60,408 nucleotides of DNA from a virus. The translations under genes and the position numbers were made by a program. Positions within the stretch are counted from its first letter, which is position 1; each line of letters begins with the position of its first letter. Positions 59,934 to 60,408 of this stretch are shown piece after piece. Under the pieces are notes generated by a model that saw only the letters and a list, made by a program, of their open reading frames with translations, was not told the DNA's origin and searched no databases. The stretch is from the IMG/VR virus record IMGVR_UViG_3300006198_000003, positions 1 through 60,408 of that record; one strand, 5' to 3'.

Positions 59934-60408
59934 GTGAGTTTTAGAGTAGAGGGGATAAATGGAATATGTCATCACGCATATGACAAACCTGCAGTTATAT
60001 GCTTTAGGGATGTTACTGATGATGCCCATGTGTCTTATTGGTATGAATGGCAAGGAATAAGCCAAAGCATTTCTATGGAACAATTTTTTGTGGAAGTAGG
60101 GAAATACGGATTGAGCGCGGAGAAGCTTTCGGTCAGAGCATTTGAAGATGAAAGCGGAATCATTATAGACTATGGATTGCGGCATCAGTTTTGGATTCCG
60201 AAAATTGTTATTGATAACAATGATTGGGATTTAGAGTATCTTCGAACATCAATCTGGGACAGACTTGACAACCAAGATATAGGGCTGAAACCATGCCCGT
60301 TCTGCGGCGGAAAAGCGAAGATTATGGTGGTGCAAGAATTAAGACTTGGTGGAGATGAAGGATTTGTAATTCAATGCGAAGACTGCTACATGAATACAGC
60401 TTCGATTA
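59934..60408 (+). CDS. Lar-like restriction-alleviation family protein, 5' part (continues at position 64 of the window)
   Basis: GTG start 7 nt after AAGGAGGA; the ORF runs off the window end and is completed by 64-122. Confidence 0.6.
   Translation, partial: MSFRVEGINGICHHAYDKPAVICFRDVTDDAHVSYWYEWQGISQSISMEQFFVEVGKYGLSAEKLSVRAFEDESGIIIDYGLRHQFWIPKIVIDNNDWDLEYLRTSIWDRLDNQDIGLKPCPFCGGKAKIMVVQELRLGGDEGFVIQCEDCYMNTASI
60346..60408. repeat. Terminal overlap copy (identical to 1-63)
   Basis: 63/63 identity with the window start. Confidence 0.95.

Overview
The window appears to be a complete, circularly closed genome (about 60,345 bp unique; bases 1-63 repeat at 60346-60408) of a temperate siphovirus-type phage of a low-GC Gram-positive, Clostridia-like host. 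Host and morphotype are inferred from protein families and gene order. Most genes are on the + strand, in this order. First come an AbrB-like regulator, a PD-(D/E)xK nuclease and terS/terL. Then the portal, MuF-like head protein, scaffold, major capsid, connector genes, major tail protein and chaperones. Then the tape measure, baseplate and fibre genes, and an XhlA-holin-amidase lysis cassette. A minus-strand lysogeny block follows: three unknown genes, a tyrosine integrase beside an attP with a tRNA 3' fragment, a TM2 protein and a CI-like S24 repressor. It faces a Cro-like early operon with DUF1351/ERF/NinB-like/RusA recombination genes, DnaD-like and primase-helicase replication genes, and a PAPS-reductase-like gene. 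Two IS elements (IS1380 family and ISAs1 family) carry intact target-site duplications. The main items for follow-up are as follows. (1) About 600 nt of promoter-driven, ORF-free sequence followed by five tRNA-like elements; only one folds as a near-normal tRNA (Trp, CCA). The others keep good acceptor and T arms but have aberrant or missing anticodon arms. (2) A promoter-like motif (TGGTACAAC, then TAYAAT with fixed 22-nt spacing) recurs at nine intergenic sites. (3) A 7.9-kb accessory island splits the tail module and contains a candidate type I toxin/sRNA pair. (4) There are several recombination scars. No computation or database search was possible, so all family names rest on recognised motifs and synteny.
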